Below, one piece after another: positions 12,457 to 26,300 of a stretch of 64,000 bases of DNA. The number at the start of each line of letters is the position of its first letter. Positions within the stretch are counted from its first letter, which is position 1. Below the pieces are notes generated by a model. It was not told where the DNA came from, did not search any database, and was given only the letters and a program-made list of their open reading frames with translations. The position numbers were made by a program, and so were the translations under genes. Origin of the DNA: Lytechinus pictus (lineage: Eukaryota); the NCBI RefSeq assembly GCF_037042905.1, contig NC_087251.1, positions 11,100,001 through 11,164,000 of the forward strand, given 5' to 3'.

Positions 12457-15400
12457 ATGGTGGTCAGAAACGGACACATATCCATCAACGGCGTCCCCGT
12501 TGCCGTCGACGACAAAGGCTTCGTCGTCGGTCGCGACGGGTCTCTCTTGCCTATCAAGTACCAGGATTTCTATCGCCGGGCTTCGGTGGAGAGAATCGAC
12601 AGGATATTGACCGAGTTGGCCCAAACGAAGGATGTCCGTATACCGAATGAAATGCCACCTCGTCAGTCGAAAAAATGGGTTCCTGGTCCAGAGATCGGAT
12701 TAATTCCTCAGTTCAAGCTCCCTCGGTATAATATGTCAAGCAATATACAGTGGTGCTAAAAAGTTGGTGAACCCCACCATAAAATGAATTAAGTATTCAA
12801 GTTCTGCCATCTTTTAGATATTTATTTGTGAAGTCAGGTGATAAAATATTACGTTCAATAAAGATTATTTATCTGCATGGACTCGACGGACATTGTAGTG
12901 TTGTTGTCTTTATTCAACACTCAGCATGAAGGAGAGCATTTTCCTGTGGGGTTCACTAACTTATAAACACCACTGTATTGATTTGATTTTTTTAAGCGGA
13001 CATTTTCTTGTTCTTTTCTCCATAATTAAAGAACAGTTTATCCAGTGTATGTTTATACGTCACCATTCTTTCAGCTTCTGTTTTTATTGAATAGTGGATA
13101 CTAATGTTATCTATAACAGGTTATTACTGAACATTAATTTGGTTGAATATAATGTTGGTATTTTTAAGTATTTAAAATCTGCATTAGGCTAATGTCAAAT
13201 ATAAACGCCATGATTCCCCTTTCGATAATGGGTGAAATAATTACATGACAGTGGAAAGAAAAGAGGTCTTCAATAATCTCAGACATCTTTGGAGGATGTC
13301 TTCATGGTCTTGCTCCATGTCTACTCTGTGCTTGTCTAATACATTGTCTTCCCTGAAATGCCCATATATTGCTCTGAATTTCCAAATCTCCCATACATTT
13401 CCACAGAGAGAAAAGACGTCTTCCCAAGGACATGAAGCACCTGATAAATCGCCTCTCATCAAAAATGGCTAATCTAAAATCAGCTGTGGATGCTTCGATG
13501 CAAACCGCAACGTCGAAGCCATCAGAGCCACCTCGACGAACCACAACGTCCTCCATTTGCGACTGCATCAATTCCCGCATCAGTTCTCTTCGTCATCATG
13601 ATCACGCTGGTTCTCTCCTAGAAAACGAACAGGCCATCAGCAAGGATGACCACTTTGACTTTATTCTCAGAGCCATGCGAGACACTCAGTTGGTCATTAA
13701 GGAATTGGAATACTTGAGCCACAAATTGTCCAAGAGTTACAGCAACATGCAAAAGACAACCCGCGATGCCCAGGCGAGCAACTGGGCCCTGGCGAAGACG
13801 ACGGAAACATTTTGCACGGGCACTTTATCGTTAGAGAATGAAGAAGCCTATGTTTTGACAAAGTATTACAATCTTGTCGGAACTCTTCTTTGGTTACAGA
13901 GGAAGAGAAAGGAGAGGGAATGGGAATCTGCCAAACTGAAAGTTGACAATCAGAGATTGATTTCGCGGGTGGAAGAACTTGAAAGTCAAATAGCAGAAAT
14001 GACTACAGATAGAAACTTGGTGGACAGGCTACAAGAGCTTGCGGACAAGGTTGAAAATATGTGCTCTCCTAGAGCGCACCAAAACGATCAATCGGCATGT
14101 TCGTGTTCACCAGAGCCGAAAAGAGGAATTGAAGAGTCTCCAATGTCTGTCGACTCTACCAGTGATGACGAAGAAGGAATGGTCGGTAACTATGAAAACG
14201 ACCCTTCGGCAAGCTGGTTCAAAGCACTCCAAGCTCACAAACAGAACTGGTAAGTATCGCAGTGAACGTGAGTTTCATCTCATATTAGTCATAAGAGAAG
14301 ACATCACTGGCGTATATATATTAATGGGGGAGTGCGCTTGGAGCCCATGCCCCCCCCCCCCCAAAAAAAAAAAGGTAAAAGGGTGAAATATAGCATTTTC
14401 TGAAAATTATGTTAAAATCTTTGCTCGCTTGCTTCAGGTCGCTCTCAGCTTTTTAGAAATTACACCCCTTACGCCAAGTCTGGCCCCTTAAATGTTTGGC
14501 TCATTACGCTACCGAAGATAGATAAAATAATAAATTATAAGCTTAAATGACCAAAAAATGTCATAACAAGGTCTCAGTTCAATGCGATCATAAACATGAG
14601 GAAAGTGTTGGGATTTTAGTGCCGTTACAAAAAGATTTCCGTCCAAAATTTGAACTTAAATCTTTAAAATTTAACTTAAAAAGGGGGAAAGGTGTATGCT
14701 CATGATCGGTTCAAATCAGAGTCCGTTTTTGTTTTTTGTTTGTTTTTGGAATAATGGGGTTTGACTGCATTTTTTTTTTATCGCGGCAGATTGCATCCAT
14801 GCGCTGTATACGTAGTTTATGATAAACTAATATCTGACATCGATATTTTAGTAATTTCGTTTTTTTCTTTCTCAGGAAAGCGTTCTACGATCTCAGCGAT
14901 GACCAAAAGAAGAATCACGAAGTCCTCCATGAGCTCAAGGTTGAATGTGGAACAATCAACGACCAGAACAAACGTCTCACGAGCAGACTAGGCAATGCCG
15001 AAATCAACTCCGCTAAACTCCAAGATCAGGTACGCTGTCCCTTTTTCCATTTCGATTCGTCTATATCTTAAGATTTTTTTGTGAGAGAATTGGTTCCATT
15101 TTTTTTCTGACTTATGACTTTCATTACAGATCGAGCATGCGATCTTAAACACATAGGAGTAATGTCGAAAATTCATTTACAAAAAAAGAGAATATGTTGT
15201 TTACCGCAATTGACTCTCGGTTACCCTTGGATTTGATATAAGTAGAAAAGGTATAGAAACATAAAGTCTCGGTGAAACTTAATAAAGTTAATGCATTTTT
15301 CAAGTTTCAAATTTATGACGTGTTACAATAACTGCCATTTTAGTAAAAGAAACAAACTTTGCATTCAGAACCTTATATACATAATATACCACATCTTTAT

Positions 15401-15910
15401 CGACACTTTAAAAAAAAGAAACACACATTCATTCATCGTGAACACAGTTTATTTCACTTAGTTTACATGTCATGTGGGGATCTGCTCGCTTGTAGCTTAA
15501 CAAAATTTAGGGGAAAAAAGATGATTGCTGCTTTTTTGTCGAACCAACTTGATATTCACTGTTAAGTCATTTTAACCTGAAAACGTATAAAAAGCTGGTC
15601 TTCCTATTTGGGGAGTTTCGCTGAATCTAAATGATAACAGACAGCTACTTAAACTACCGACTTACAGTGCAATACTATGCGAATAAATGCTTTTGATAAA
15701 GTATTGCAACATGAATATATGTATAAATTAAGGCAGGTCACACAAAATGAATTTGCTTTCCATTTCCAATTTTCATGGATTATGTTATTACAGTTACGGG
15801 ATCTTTTGGACGAGAAACAAACTTTACAACAAAGACTTCGGACTTCCCAGAAACTCTTGAAAATTACACAGAAGTCGCTTGTCAGCCAACCTGAAGAAAT
15901 GAAAACATAA
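12457..15910 (+). CDS. Uncharacterised ~460 aa coiled-coil protein; coding exons 12457-12725, 13407-14249, 14876-15029, 15794-15910
   Basis: All three introns are GT..AG with consistent phases: LP-CG|A-EKRRLPKDMKHL; QN-TG|G-KAFYDL; LQDQ|LRDLLDEK...EMKT*. Acceptors have polypyrimidine tracts. Heptad-like Leu/Glu/Lys/Gln segments are present. The first donor (cg|gtataa) is weaker. Confidence 0.75.
12748..12975. mobile_element. Tc1/mariner-type MITE (228 bp) in intron 1 of the coiled-coil gene
   Basis: TA|cagtggtgctaaaaagttggtgaacccc ... ggggttcactaacttataaacaccactg|TA. Confidence 0.85.
14304..14514. mobile_element. Degenerate hAT-like MITE in intron 2
   Basis: cactggcgta ... tacgctaccg ends resemble the 12134 element. 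Poly-C/poly-A interior. The TSD is unclear. Confidence 0.4.
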
Positions 15911-16993
15911 TAGGAGGACGGGAATGGTCAAACAACAAGCAAGAAATTGATCGATTTGAGAATGACTATTATAGCAACACATCGTGATAGGTCGGAAGTG
16001 TGTCACTATTGTCAAGTTAACCAATTACATAGCATAGTATTTACATACAAAATCTCCCGATGAAAATCCATTTTGCCCAAACTAAAGTGTTACAAGCGTA
16101 TATATTCACGATATATACTTCTCAATTATTGCCAGTCTTAAATCATGTAAATAGGCCATGGTCATCTTAAATGTCTGCATCTGCTTACTAGTACTTCACG
16201 ACGAAGCTTCGACCTAGACAACGCAAATTAAATAACATTCGTGTCACATAAAATACATCAATAACCATGATAACGTTAAATATCATCATTGACCAAAAAA
16301 ATCCTTTAGAAGATTGCAATTATTGTTTTAAATGGCTATTTTCTTTTTATTCAAAATAACTTAAGGGCAATTTTGGGGTGTATGCTAATCTGGGATGCTG
16401 AATGAAAAAACGTGAAATAAAATTTCAAGCGATAGAATAAACTTTCTTCTTTTCAAACCAAACTATTCGTGATTCTGAATAACTACAATTATATTAGAAT
16501 AATTTCAACTGATTATTTTCTTTGCAAAAAGCCCGATGAGTTTTGAAGGAATGCAAGTGATTAGCATTGCACAATGAGATGTGAATTCGAAAGTGCTACG
16601 TTTGTATTCAATCATGGAAACAGTAACTAAAATGAATGGATTAGTAGTTTTGCAGAATTTCTCATTGAAATTAATTCATGTCGTTAAACATCCAATACAC
16701 AAATACATTACCCATTTTATTTAATATTAATATGTTATGAACCTTCGTGGAATGTTGGATATTGGTGGTAAAGTTGGAGTCTTCTTTTTCTTCACCCTCG
16801 TCTTTCTTTCTTTTTTTCTTCTTCTTCTACTTCTTTTTTTTACTGATCGAATTTATGATTCAAGGGATCAAGATCTGTATACAAGCATGGCTAGTCTTTC
16901 AGAACTGTCCTTCTTGATACACTAACTTAAATCATGAGTTCAATCTCAAGAAATGCGTTCATGTGCATACTGCACAAGACAAACATTTCTCTC

Positions 16994-17641
16994 TTTTTTG
17001 TCTCACCTGCATAGCAGAGCGAGACTATAGGCGCCGCTTTTCCGACGGCGACGAGTTTCAGGCCATGTTGGGGTTATTTGAGGAATTGTCATCATAATTT
17101 TATGGATCTAGTTCATGAAACATGGACATAAAAGCAATCAAGTATCCTTAAAGATCCTGTGCGAGTTTCAGGTCACACGATCAAGGTCAAAGGTCATTTA
17201 GGGTCAACAAACTTTGGTAATGTTGGGGGTATTTCTGGAATTGTCATCATAACTTTAAAAGTCTATGGATCTAGTTCATGAAACTTGGACATTAGAGCAG
17301 CAGTGTATCCTTGAATACCCTGTATGCATTTCAGGAAAATGGCCAAGATCAAAGGTCATTTAAAGGACAATGAACTCTGGCCGTGTTGGGAGTATGTGTT
17401 GAATTGGCATCATAACTAAGGAAGTTTATGGATCTAGCTCATGAAACGTCGACATAAGGATAATCAAGTATGAATGATTGTTTTGCACATGACTGTCTTA
17501 GGTTACATTATCATGGTCAAAGGTCATTTTGGGTCAATGGGCATAATATTTTATTATCATATTAGTGTTTTCTTCTGTGAATAATAGTTATTAGCTATTT
17601 TCAAAGGAAGCACTGCTGCTATATCGCATAGCGTAATGCAG
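16994..17641 (+). mobile_element. Helentron/DINE-like non-autonomous element with ~160 bp internal tandem units; 3' end missing
   Basis: Starts ttttgtctcacctgcatagcagagcgagactataggcgccgcttttccgacggcg. Units contain aaggtcaaaggtcatttagggtcaa (17182, 17345, 17513). It is the reverse-complement homolog of the element at 52801-53653. Confidence 0.75.
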
Positions 17642-19060
17642 TCGTCGTCTGGCAACTTGAAGACATTCTCCAGCACGGCTCGATACAGAGCGGTAAACCT
17701 TCCTCTTCTTCTGTCGTTAGTTACCCTCAAGCCTATGGCATTCCCGAATGAAACGATGGGACGTTCGGAAAGACCATGGCCGCACATGCTGAAAAAGAAA
17801 CAATTAGGAACGTTTTGTTTATATATCTAGCGTGTCGAGGAGAAATTTAGCGTCAATGTAAATAAGTTTTTTTTCATATGATATCCATAGGTGCAAACAA
17901 CTAGTAATTGTGGACTGTAACAGGATCAACCACAATGAATTATAACTTTGATAATGGTTAGATTGTGAAACTTTAATGATGGTGATGATGTTGTGGTAGT
18001 GATCGTGGTGGTGGTGGTGATGATGATGATGATGATGGTGATGATGACGATGGTGATGATGACGACGATGGAGACTGTTGTGATCTCAATGATAAAAGTT
18101 TTAACTGCAAGGTAGTAACCAAGATAACAGCATGACGTTTTATAAAAGTTTACTATGAGGCCAATATTACCAATCAATAACCCCAGGTTTGGTCACAGTC
18201 GCGCGAAGTGTTGAGGGGGGCATCATGGCCCCCAGTCCTTTTAGGGTTAAAGTAGTACTTACAACGTTGGAACCGCGATACCGTCACCGAGATCAAGAAC
18301 GAGAGAGTTCGTCTTGCAGAAGTCAGACTCCAGAAGATCAATGGACAGGAAGGTCAGCTCTATCCGATAGTCATCCGGCACCTCTATGGTGTAGAGGCAT
18401 GTCTCTGGGAGCCGCCACAGGGACAAACCTTGGGCCAGGTATCGGAATTGATGTGGTGCCCGGCGAGAGTAGTTGATTGCGCGATAAGAGACAGAGAAGC
18501 CACGTTTTTCGACAAAAGCGTCACTGACGAATTCCTTTGTCATGGTGTTTGCGAAGGATTGAAGAGAGCCTTCTGGTTCCTTGTTGCCCCAGATTCTGTG
18601 AAGAAACATAAGATAATTCGGAGTACCTATTCTAGAAACTTTGTCAATAAGAATAGTTAGTATACGCCTTTTTAAAATATATGTGCTGGGTGCACGCATG
18701 TCCTACGCCTCCAAGATAATTTTCAAAAATCTTTCCGCCTTCACCTTTTTGCGGCGGAATTCGTTGATAGAATGAGTCGAGAATGTTGAGTTGAAGAGGA
18801 AGAATAAGTATTTAGTTTAGATGTTAAAAAAGAGAGGTTGCATAAATTCACTTTGTTGTTTGCAAACTTTCCTTCCCATATTTTCTTTTTCATTTTCTTT
18901 AAACATCACATTCTGTGCTGTGATCATGGTGATAGGTTATGATAAAACGGTTCCTACCTCATCGGCCTCGGTTGTGCCCTCGCACACAACAATTTTGTGT
19001 GCTCAGAGTGGTCCGCGGCGCCTCTGATTATCTGGAGCGCTTCCACCAAGTATTTACTGA
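17642..19060 (-). pseudogene. Decayed tandem CUB-domain gene; exon remnants ~19060-18958, 18595-18263, 17788-17642
   Basis: CUB motifs are present: EFVSDAFVEKRGFSVSYRA, CLYTIEVPDDYRIELTFLSIDL..C...L, and MCG..P.IVSFGNAIGLRVT.D...GRFTALY. A clean phase-2 GT-AG intron joins PT-TT|C-MCG. Signs of decay: the expected CG reads WG, the G-I-S-WP motif (HINSDTWP) is in a shifted frame, and the upstream exon has frameshifts and a stop. Confidence 0.7.
17975..18085. repeat. (GAT/GGT)n microsatellite
   Basis: gatggtgatgatg...ggtggtggtgatgatgatgatg run. Confidence 0.85.
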
Positions 19061-19263
19061 TATCAAAGTGATCCTTCTATTAATTTCGTGATCTTCATCA
19101 AACTTTAAAATGTTTCGGAAAAAAAAGCATTCGTGTGGTATTCTACACTGCAAAAAAGTGATGAGAACCTTTAGGGTGGGGATACACATAAATGTACGTC
19201 GAATTGGACTGAGGCCGGCATCGGAGGCGATTCGCCTTAAGTGTAACCCCCCCCCCCCCCCTT

Positions 19264-20330
19264 CGGCGCGTATCAAGGATTTTGCATCCCGGGGGCCCGA
19301 CCTGATTTTGGCGCCCCTGTGTACTTTTTGAAAATGGCGCCCCCTCCCCGCCAGGCAAAGTTAGGTGCCTTAAATGCATGTTTAATTATCTTACTTCATA
19401 ATCACATAAAAAAAATGGAGACAACCATTTCTTTTTATGATGTGTTCATAGAAAAAAGAATCCATGAATTCAATGTAATATCACTACATAAAAATGATGA
19501 TTGCGAGCGCAAAGCGCGAGCTATTTCTGTTTAATTCACTTAACATCCTGAAAGCATAGAATAGAATATATCCTTTAGAAATGTTATTAATAATCTCTTG
19601 GAAATGATTCAATCTCGAAGGCAATCAGTGGCGTAGCTACAGTTTATTCAGCAGGGAAGGGGGGATTTGGGCCTTGAACTTTCTCATCAGTCACATTTAT
19701 CTCGTGAGGCCTAAATAAATCTTGCGAGCGCAAAGTGCGAGTTTTTTTTCAATATTCCATGTATTTAGACCTGAAATTATGAAATCATGAACAAGATGCG
19801 TATCGAACTAAACAAATCGTGCGAGCGAGAGGTGAATTTTTTAATATACTGACCTGCAAAAGCACCCGTTAGCAGTCACTCCTAAACAGAAAACATATAT
19901 CACCACTCAAATAGCACGATCGCGAAGCGCGAGCTAAAATGTTTAATATTTCGACATAAATTGGACATTCTAAGCACCTATTTAACCGTGGATAGGATAG
20001 GTATATAGGCTAAACTTATTGATACGAGAGCGAAGCGAGAACTGAAATTTTGAACAAGATGGGTATATTAGTTTTAATAAAGCAAATTTGATTCCAGCAC
20101 GAAGGACGAGCTGATTTTTTTCATTTTGCGACATGAAAACTGAATATTCTAAGCACTACATTCATAAATATATTGAATATCTAATAAAACAATGCAAGCG
20201 CTAAGAGCGAACTGTTATTGTTGATATTTTGCCGAAATTCTAAGCACTTTTTTTTTAAATAAAGATGAAGCTATAGTACGTACTTGGTAATGGAGGGGGG
20301 GGGGGGTATTTCGCTTACCGTTAAATTGGG
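19264..20330. mobile_element. Remnants of hAT-like non-autonomous elements with dispersed gcgagcgcgaagcgcgagc motifs
   Basis: Motif copies at ~19503, 19724, 19821, 19921, 20027 and 20098. A cagtggcgtagctac terminus is at 19626. The same internal motif occurs inside the TSD-flanked element at 63016-63553. Confidence 0.5.
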
Positions 20331-23300
20331 AATACCTCAATATCTACAAGTATTAAAATATAAGAATAAGAACTCATAATCGTTCACTGCCTATGTCGAA
20401 CATCGATTCGGCACCTCAAGGTCGAACATTAATTCGGCGCCAGCCCACTAGGTAAGAAATTAATTCCACGCCCCTAGATTGAACATCAATTCGGCTCCCC
20501 TAGGTCAAACTTCCATTCAGCACCCCCTATGTCGAACATCAACTCGCACCTCTAGGTCGAAGTGCTGCAACTCTATTGTCTATTCGAACCCCCCCTTCGG
20601 CGCCCCTATGTAAAACATCAATTCGGTGCCCCCCTAGGTTTCACGTCAATTTCGACTCCTCTAGGTTTAACACAATTATGCTTCCCATGGTGGAACATCT
20701 ATTTCGTACCCCCCCCTGTTGAACATCACATTGGCGCCCCTAAGTTTAACATCCATTCGTCACCCCCTTCTAGGTCGAGCATCAATTCGACACCCCCCAG
20801 GTTTAACATCAATTTGCGCCCCCTAGATTGAACATCAATTTGGCGCCCCTAGGTTGAACATCTATTTCGTACCCCCCCCCCTGTTGAACATCACATTGGC
20901 GCCCCTAAGTTTAACATCCATTCGTCACCCCCTTCTAGGTCGAGCATCAATTTGGCGCCCCCCCCCCCAGGTTGACCATCAATTCTACGCCCCAACGTCG
21001 AACGTCCATCCGGCACCCCCCTATGTAAACTCGGTGCCTCTACGTCGAACATGAATTCGGCGCCCCTAGGTCAAACATCCATTCGGGCTTCTTAGGTTGA
21101 TCATCAATTCGGCTCCCGAAGATCGAACCTTAATTCGGCGCCACTAGGTAAGACATGAATTCCACGCCCCTAGATTAAACATTAATTTGGCGCCCCACGT
21201 CGAGCATCAAACCGGCACCCTTAGGTAAAACGTAAATTCCAACCCCCCCCAAAAAAAAAAAAAATAAACATCAATTCGGCTCCTCTAGGTCGAACGTCCA
21301 TTCAGCACCACCCTATGTCGAATATCGAATCAGCGCCTCTACGTCGAACATGCATTCGGCGCCCCTAGGTCAAACATCTATTCGGTGCCCCCTCCTAGGT
21401 TTAGCGTCAATTTCGCCCCTCTAGCTTTAACATCAATTCGGCCCCCCTAGATTGAATATCAATTTGGCGCCCCTAGGTGGAACATTTATTTGACACCCCC
21501 CATGTTGAACATCACTTTGGCACCCCAGGTCCAACATCCATACGGCGCCCCCCCCCCCCCGGTTGACCATCAACAGCAACTGTACTGTCTATTCGACATC
21601 CCAACCCATTCAGCGCTCATAGGTTAAGCATCAATTCGGCACCCCCCTAGGTTTAACATCAATTTCGTCCCCTCTAGGTTTAACATCAATTCTACGCCCC
21701 CTATTCTTTATTGTCTATTCGACACCCCCCCCCCCATTTGGCGCCCCTAGGTCAAACATCAATTCGGTGCCCCCTCCTAGGTTTAGCATCGATTTCACCC
21801 CTCTAGGCTTAACATCAATTCGGCGCCCCCTAGATTGAACATCAACTCGGCGCCCTTAGGTCTAACATCAATTCAACACCCCCTCCCCCCTATGTTGAAC
21901 ATCACCTTGGCGCCTCTAGAATGGTCATTCATTCGGCACCGCCTTCTAGGTTAAGCATCAATTAGGCACCCCTAGAATGATCATCTATTCGACACCCCCT
22001 ACGTTTAACATCAATTTGCGCCCGCAGGTTAAACATCAATTTGGCGCCCCTAGGTCGAACATCAATTCAACATCCCCCCACGTTGAACATCAATTCGCCT
22101 CCCCCCCCAGTTGAAAATCACGATGGCGCCCTGAGGTCGAACATCCATTCGGCGCCATCCCCCTGAGGTTGACCATCAACTACAATTATATTGTCTATTC
22201 AACACCCCCCCCCCCCCCCCCATTCGGCGCCCATAGGTCATACATCAATTCGGTGCCCCCTCCTAGGTAAAGCATCGATTTCGCCTCTCTCTGTTTAACA
22301 TTAAATCGGCGGCCCTAGATTGAACATTAATTTTGTGCCCCTTGGTTCAACATCTATTTGGCACCCCCCCCTAAGTTGAACATCACCTTGGCACCCCTAG
22401 GTTGAACGTTCATTTGGCACCTCCCTATGTCGAACATCGACTCGACACCTCTACGTCGAACATGAATTCGGCACCCCTAGGTCAAACATCAATTCGGTGC
22501 GCCCTCCCCCCCCCCTAGGTTTAAAATCAATGTCGACCCCTCTCTAGATTTAACATCAATTCTGCGCCCCCTATTCTCTATTGTCTATTCGACACCCCCC
22601 CCCCCCCATTTGGGGCCCTTATTTCAACATCAATTTGTGCCCGCAGTTCGAGCATCAATTCGGCTCCCCTACGTCGAACAACAACTCGGCGCACCTAGGT
22701 CTAACATCAATTCAACACCCCCCTATGTTAAACATCACATTGGGGCCCCTAGAATGATCAATCATTCAGCACTCCCTTCTAGGTTGAGCATCAATTAGGC
22801 GCCCCCTAGATTGAACGTCAATCTGGAGCCCTAGGTGGAACATCTATTTGGCACCCCCAATGTTGAACATCACCATGGCACCCCTAGAATGTTCATCCAT
22901 TCGACATCCCCCGCCTAGGTTTAACATCAATTTGCACCCGAAGGTTGAAAATCAATTTGGCTCCCCTAGGTTGAGCATCAATTCGGCGCCCCTATGTCGA
23001 ACATCAACTCTGCGCCCCTAGGTCAAACATTAATTTAACATCCCCCACGTTGAACATCAATTCGCCCCCCCCCCCCCAAGTTGAACATCACCTTGGCGCC
23101 CCGAAGTCGAACATCCATTCGGCGCCATCCGCCTAAGGTTGACCATCAACTGCAATTCTATTGTCTATTCAACGGCCTCCCCTCCCATTCGGCGCCCCTA
23201 GGTCATACATTAATTCGGTGCCCCCTCCTAGGTTAAGCATCAATTTCTCCCCTCTATGTTTAACATTAAATTGGCACCCCCTAGATTGGACATACATTTT

Positions 23301-26300
23301 GCGCTCCTTGGTTCAACATCTATTTGGCACCCCCTATGTTGAACATCACCTTGGTGCCCCTGAAATGATCATCCATTCGGCACTCCCTTCTAGCTCGAGC
23401 ATCAATTCGGCGCCCCCTTGATTGAACATCAATTTGGCGCCCCTAGGTGGAACATTTATTAGGCACCCCCCATGTTGAACAACACCTTGGCACCCCTAGG
23501 TTGAACGTTCATTCGGCACCTCCCTATGTCAAACATCGACTCGGCGCCTCTACATCAAACATTAATTCGGCGCCCCTAGGTCAAACATCAATTCGGTGCG
23601 CCCTACCCCCTAGGTTTGATATCAATTTCGACCCCTCTCTAGGTTTAACACAAATTCTGCGCCCCGTATTCTCTATTGTCTATTCGAGACCCCCCCCCCC
23701 CATCTGGCGCCCCTATTTCAACATCAATTTGTGCCCGCAGTTCGAGCATCAATTCGGCGCCCCTACGTCGAACAACAACTCGGCGCCCCTTAGTATAACA
23801 TCAATTCAACAACCCCCCCCCCCCTATATTAAACATCACCTTGGTGCCCCTAGGTTGAACGTTCATTCGGCACATCCCTATGTCAAACATCTACTCGGCG
23901 CCTCTACGGCGAACATAAATTCCGCGCCCCTAGGTCGAACAACAACTCGGCGCCCCTAAGTATAACATCAATTCAACAACCCCCCCTATGTCAAACATCA
24001 CCTTGGCGCCCCTAGAATAATCATCCATTCGGCACCCCCTTCTAGGTTAAGCATCAATTAGGCGCCCCCTAGATTGAACATCAATCTAGCGCCCTAGGTG
24101 GAACATCTATTTGGCACCCCCCATGTTGAACAACACCTAGGCACCCCTAGGTTGAACGTTCATTCGGCACCTCCCTATGTCAAACATCGACTCGGCGCCT
24201 CTACGGCGAACATGAATTCGGCGCCCCTAGGTCGAACATCAACTCGGCGCCCCTTAGTATAACATCAATTCAACAACAACCCCTATGTTGAACATCACCT
24301 TGGCGCCCCTAGAATAATCATCCATTCGGCACCCCCTTCTAGGTTGAGCATCAATTAGGCGCCCCCTAGATTGAATATCAATCTGGCGCCCTAGGTGGAA
24401 CCTTTATTTGGCACCCCCCCCCCGTGTTGAACAACACCTTGGCGCCCCTAGAATGATCATCAATTCGACACCCCCCCCTCCTACGATTAACATCAATTTG
24501 CACCCGCAGGTTGAACATCAATTTGGCTCCCCTAGGTTGAGCATCAATTCGGCGCTCCTATGTTGAACATCAACTAGGCGCCCTTAGGTCGAACATCAAT
24601 TTAACATCACCCACGTTGAACATCAATTTGCCCCCCCCCCCCAGTTGAACATCACCTTGGCGCCCCAAAGTCGAACATCCATTCGGCGCCATCCGCCTGA
24701 GGTTGACCATCAACTGCAATTCTATTGTCTATTCAACGCCCCCCCCCCCATTCGGCGCCCCTAGGTCATACATCAATTCGGTGCCCCCTCCTAGGTTAAG
24801 CATCAATTTCGCCCCTCTATGTTTAACATTAAATTGGCACTCCCTAGATTGACCATGAATTATTTTGCGCTCCTTGGTTCAACATCTATTTGGCACCCCC
24901 CCCCCTTGTTGAACATCACCTTGGCGCCCCGAGAATGATCATCCATTCGGCATTCTCTTCTAGGTGGAGCATCAATTCGGCGCCCCCTAGATTGAACATT
25001 AAATTGGCGCCCCAAGGTGGAACATCTATTTGGCACCCCCATGTTGAATAACACCTAGGCACCCCAAGGTTGAACGTTCATTCGGCACCCCCCTATGTCG
25101 AATATCGACTCGGCGCCTCTATGGCGAACATGAATTCGGCGCCCCTAGGTCAAACATCAATTCGGTGCGCCCTCCTAGGTTTAATATTAATTTCGACCCC
25201 TCTCTAGGTTTAACATCAATTCTGCGCCCCCTATTCTCTATTGTCTATTCGACACCCCCCTCCCATTTGGCGCCCCTATTTCAACATCAATTTGTGCCCG
25301 CAGTTCGAGCATCAATTTGGCGCCCCTACGTCGAACAACAACTCGGCGCACCTAGGTCTAACATCAATTCAACACCCTCCCCCTATGTTCAACATCACCT
25401 TGGCGCCCCAAGAATGATCATTCATTCTGCACCCCCCCTTCTAGCTCGAGCATCAATTTGGCGCCCCTACGTCGAACAACAACTCGGCGCACCTAGGTCT
25501 AACATCAGTTCAACACCCTCCCCCTATGTTCAACATCACCTTGGGGCCCCTAGGTCGAACATCAATTTAACAGCACCCACGGTGAACATCAATTCGCCCC
25601 CCCCCCCCCCCAGTTGAACATCACCTTGGCGCCCCAAAGTCGAACATCCATTCGGCGCCATCCGCCTGAGGTTGACCATCAACTGCAATTCTATTGTCTA
25701 TTCAACGCCCCCCCCCCCATTCGGCGCCCCTAGGTCATACATCAATTCGGTGCCCCCTCCTAGGTTAAGCATCAATTTCGCCCCTCTATGTTTAACATTA
25801 AATTGGCACTCCCTAGATTGACCATGAATTTTGCGCTCCTTGGTTCTATATCTATTTGGCACCCCCCCCCCCTTGTTGAACATCACCTTGGCGCCCCGAG
25901 AATGATCATCCATTCGGCATTCCCTTCTAGCTCGAGCATCAATTCGGCGCCCCCTTGATTGAACATCAATCTGGCGCCCTAGGTGAAACATTTATTTGGC
26001 ACCCCCCATGTTGAACAACACCAAGGCACCCCTAGGTTGAACGTTCATTCGGCACCTCTCTATGTCAAACATCGACTCGGCGCCTCTACGGCGAACATCA
26101 ACTCGGCGCCCCTTAGTATAACATCAATTCAACAACAACCCCTATGTTGAACATCACCTTGGCGCCCCTAGAATAATCATCCATTCGGCGACCCCTTCTA
26201 GGTTGAGCATCAATTAGGCGCCCCCTAGATTGAATATCAATCTGGCGCCCTAGGTGGAACCTTTATTTGGAACCCCCCCCATGTTGAACAACACCTTGGC

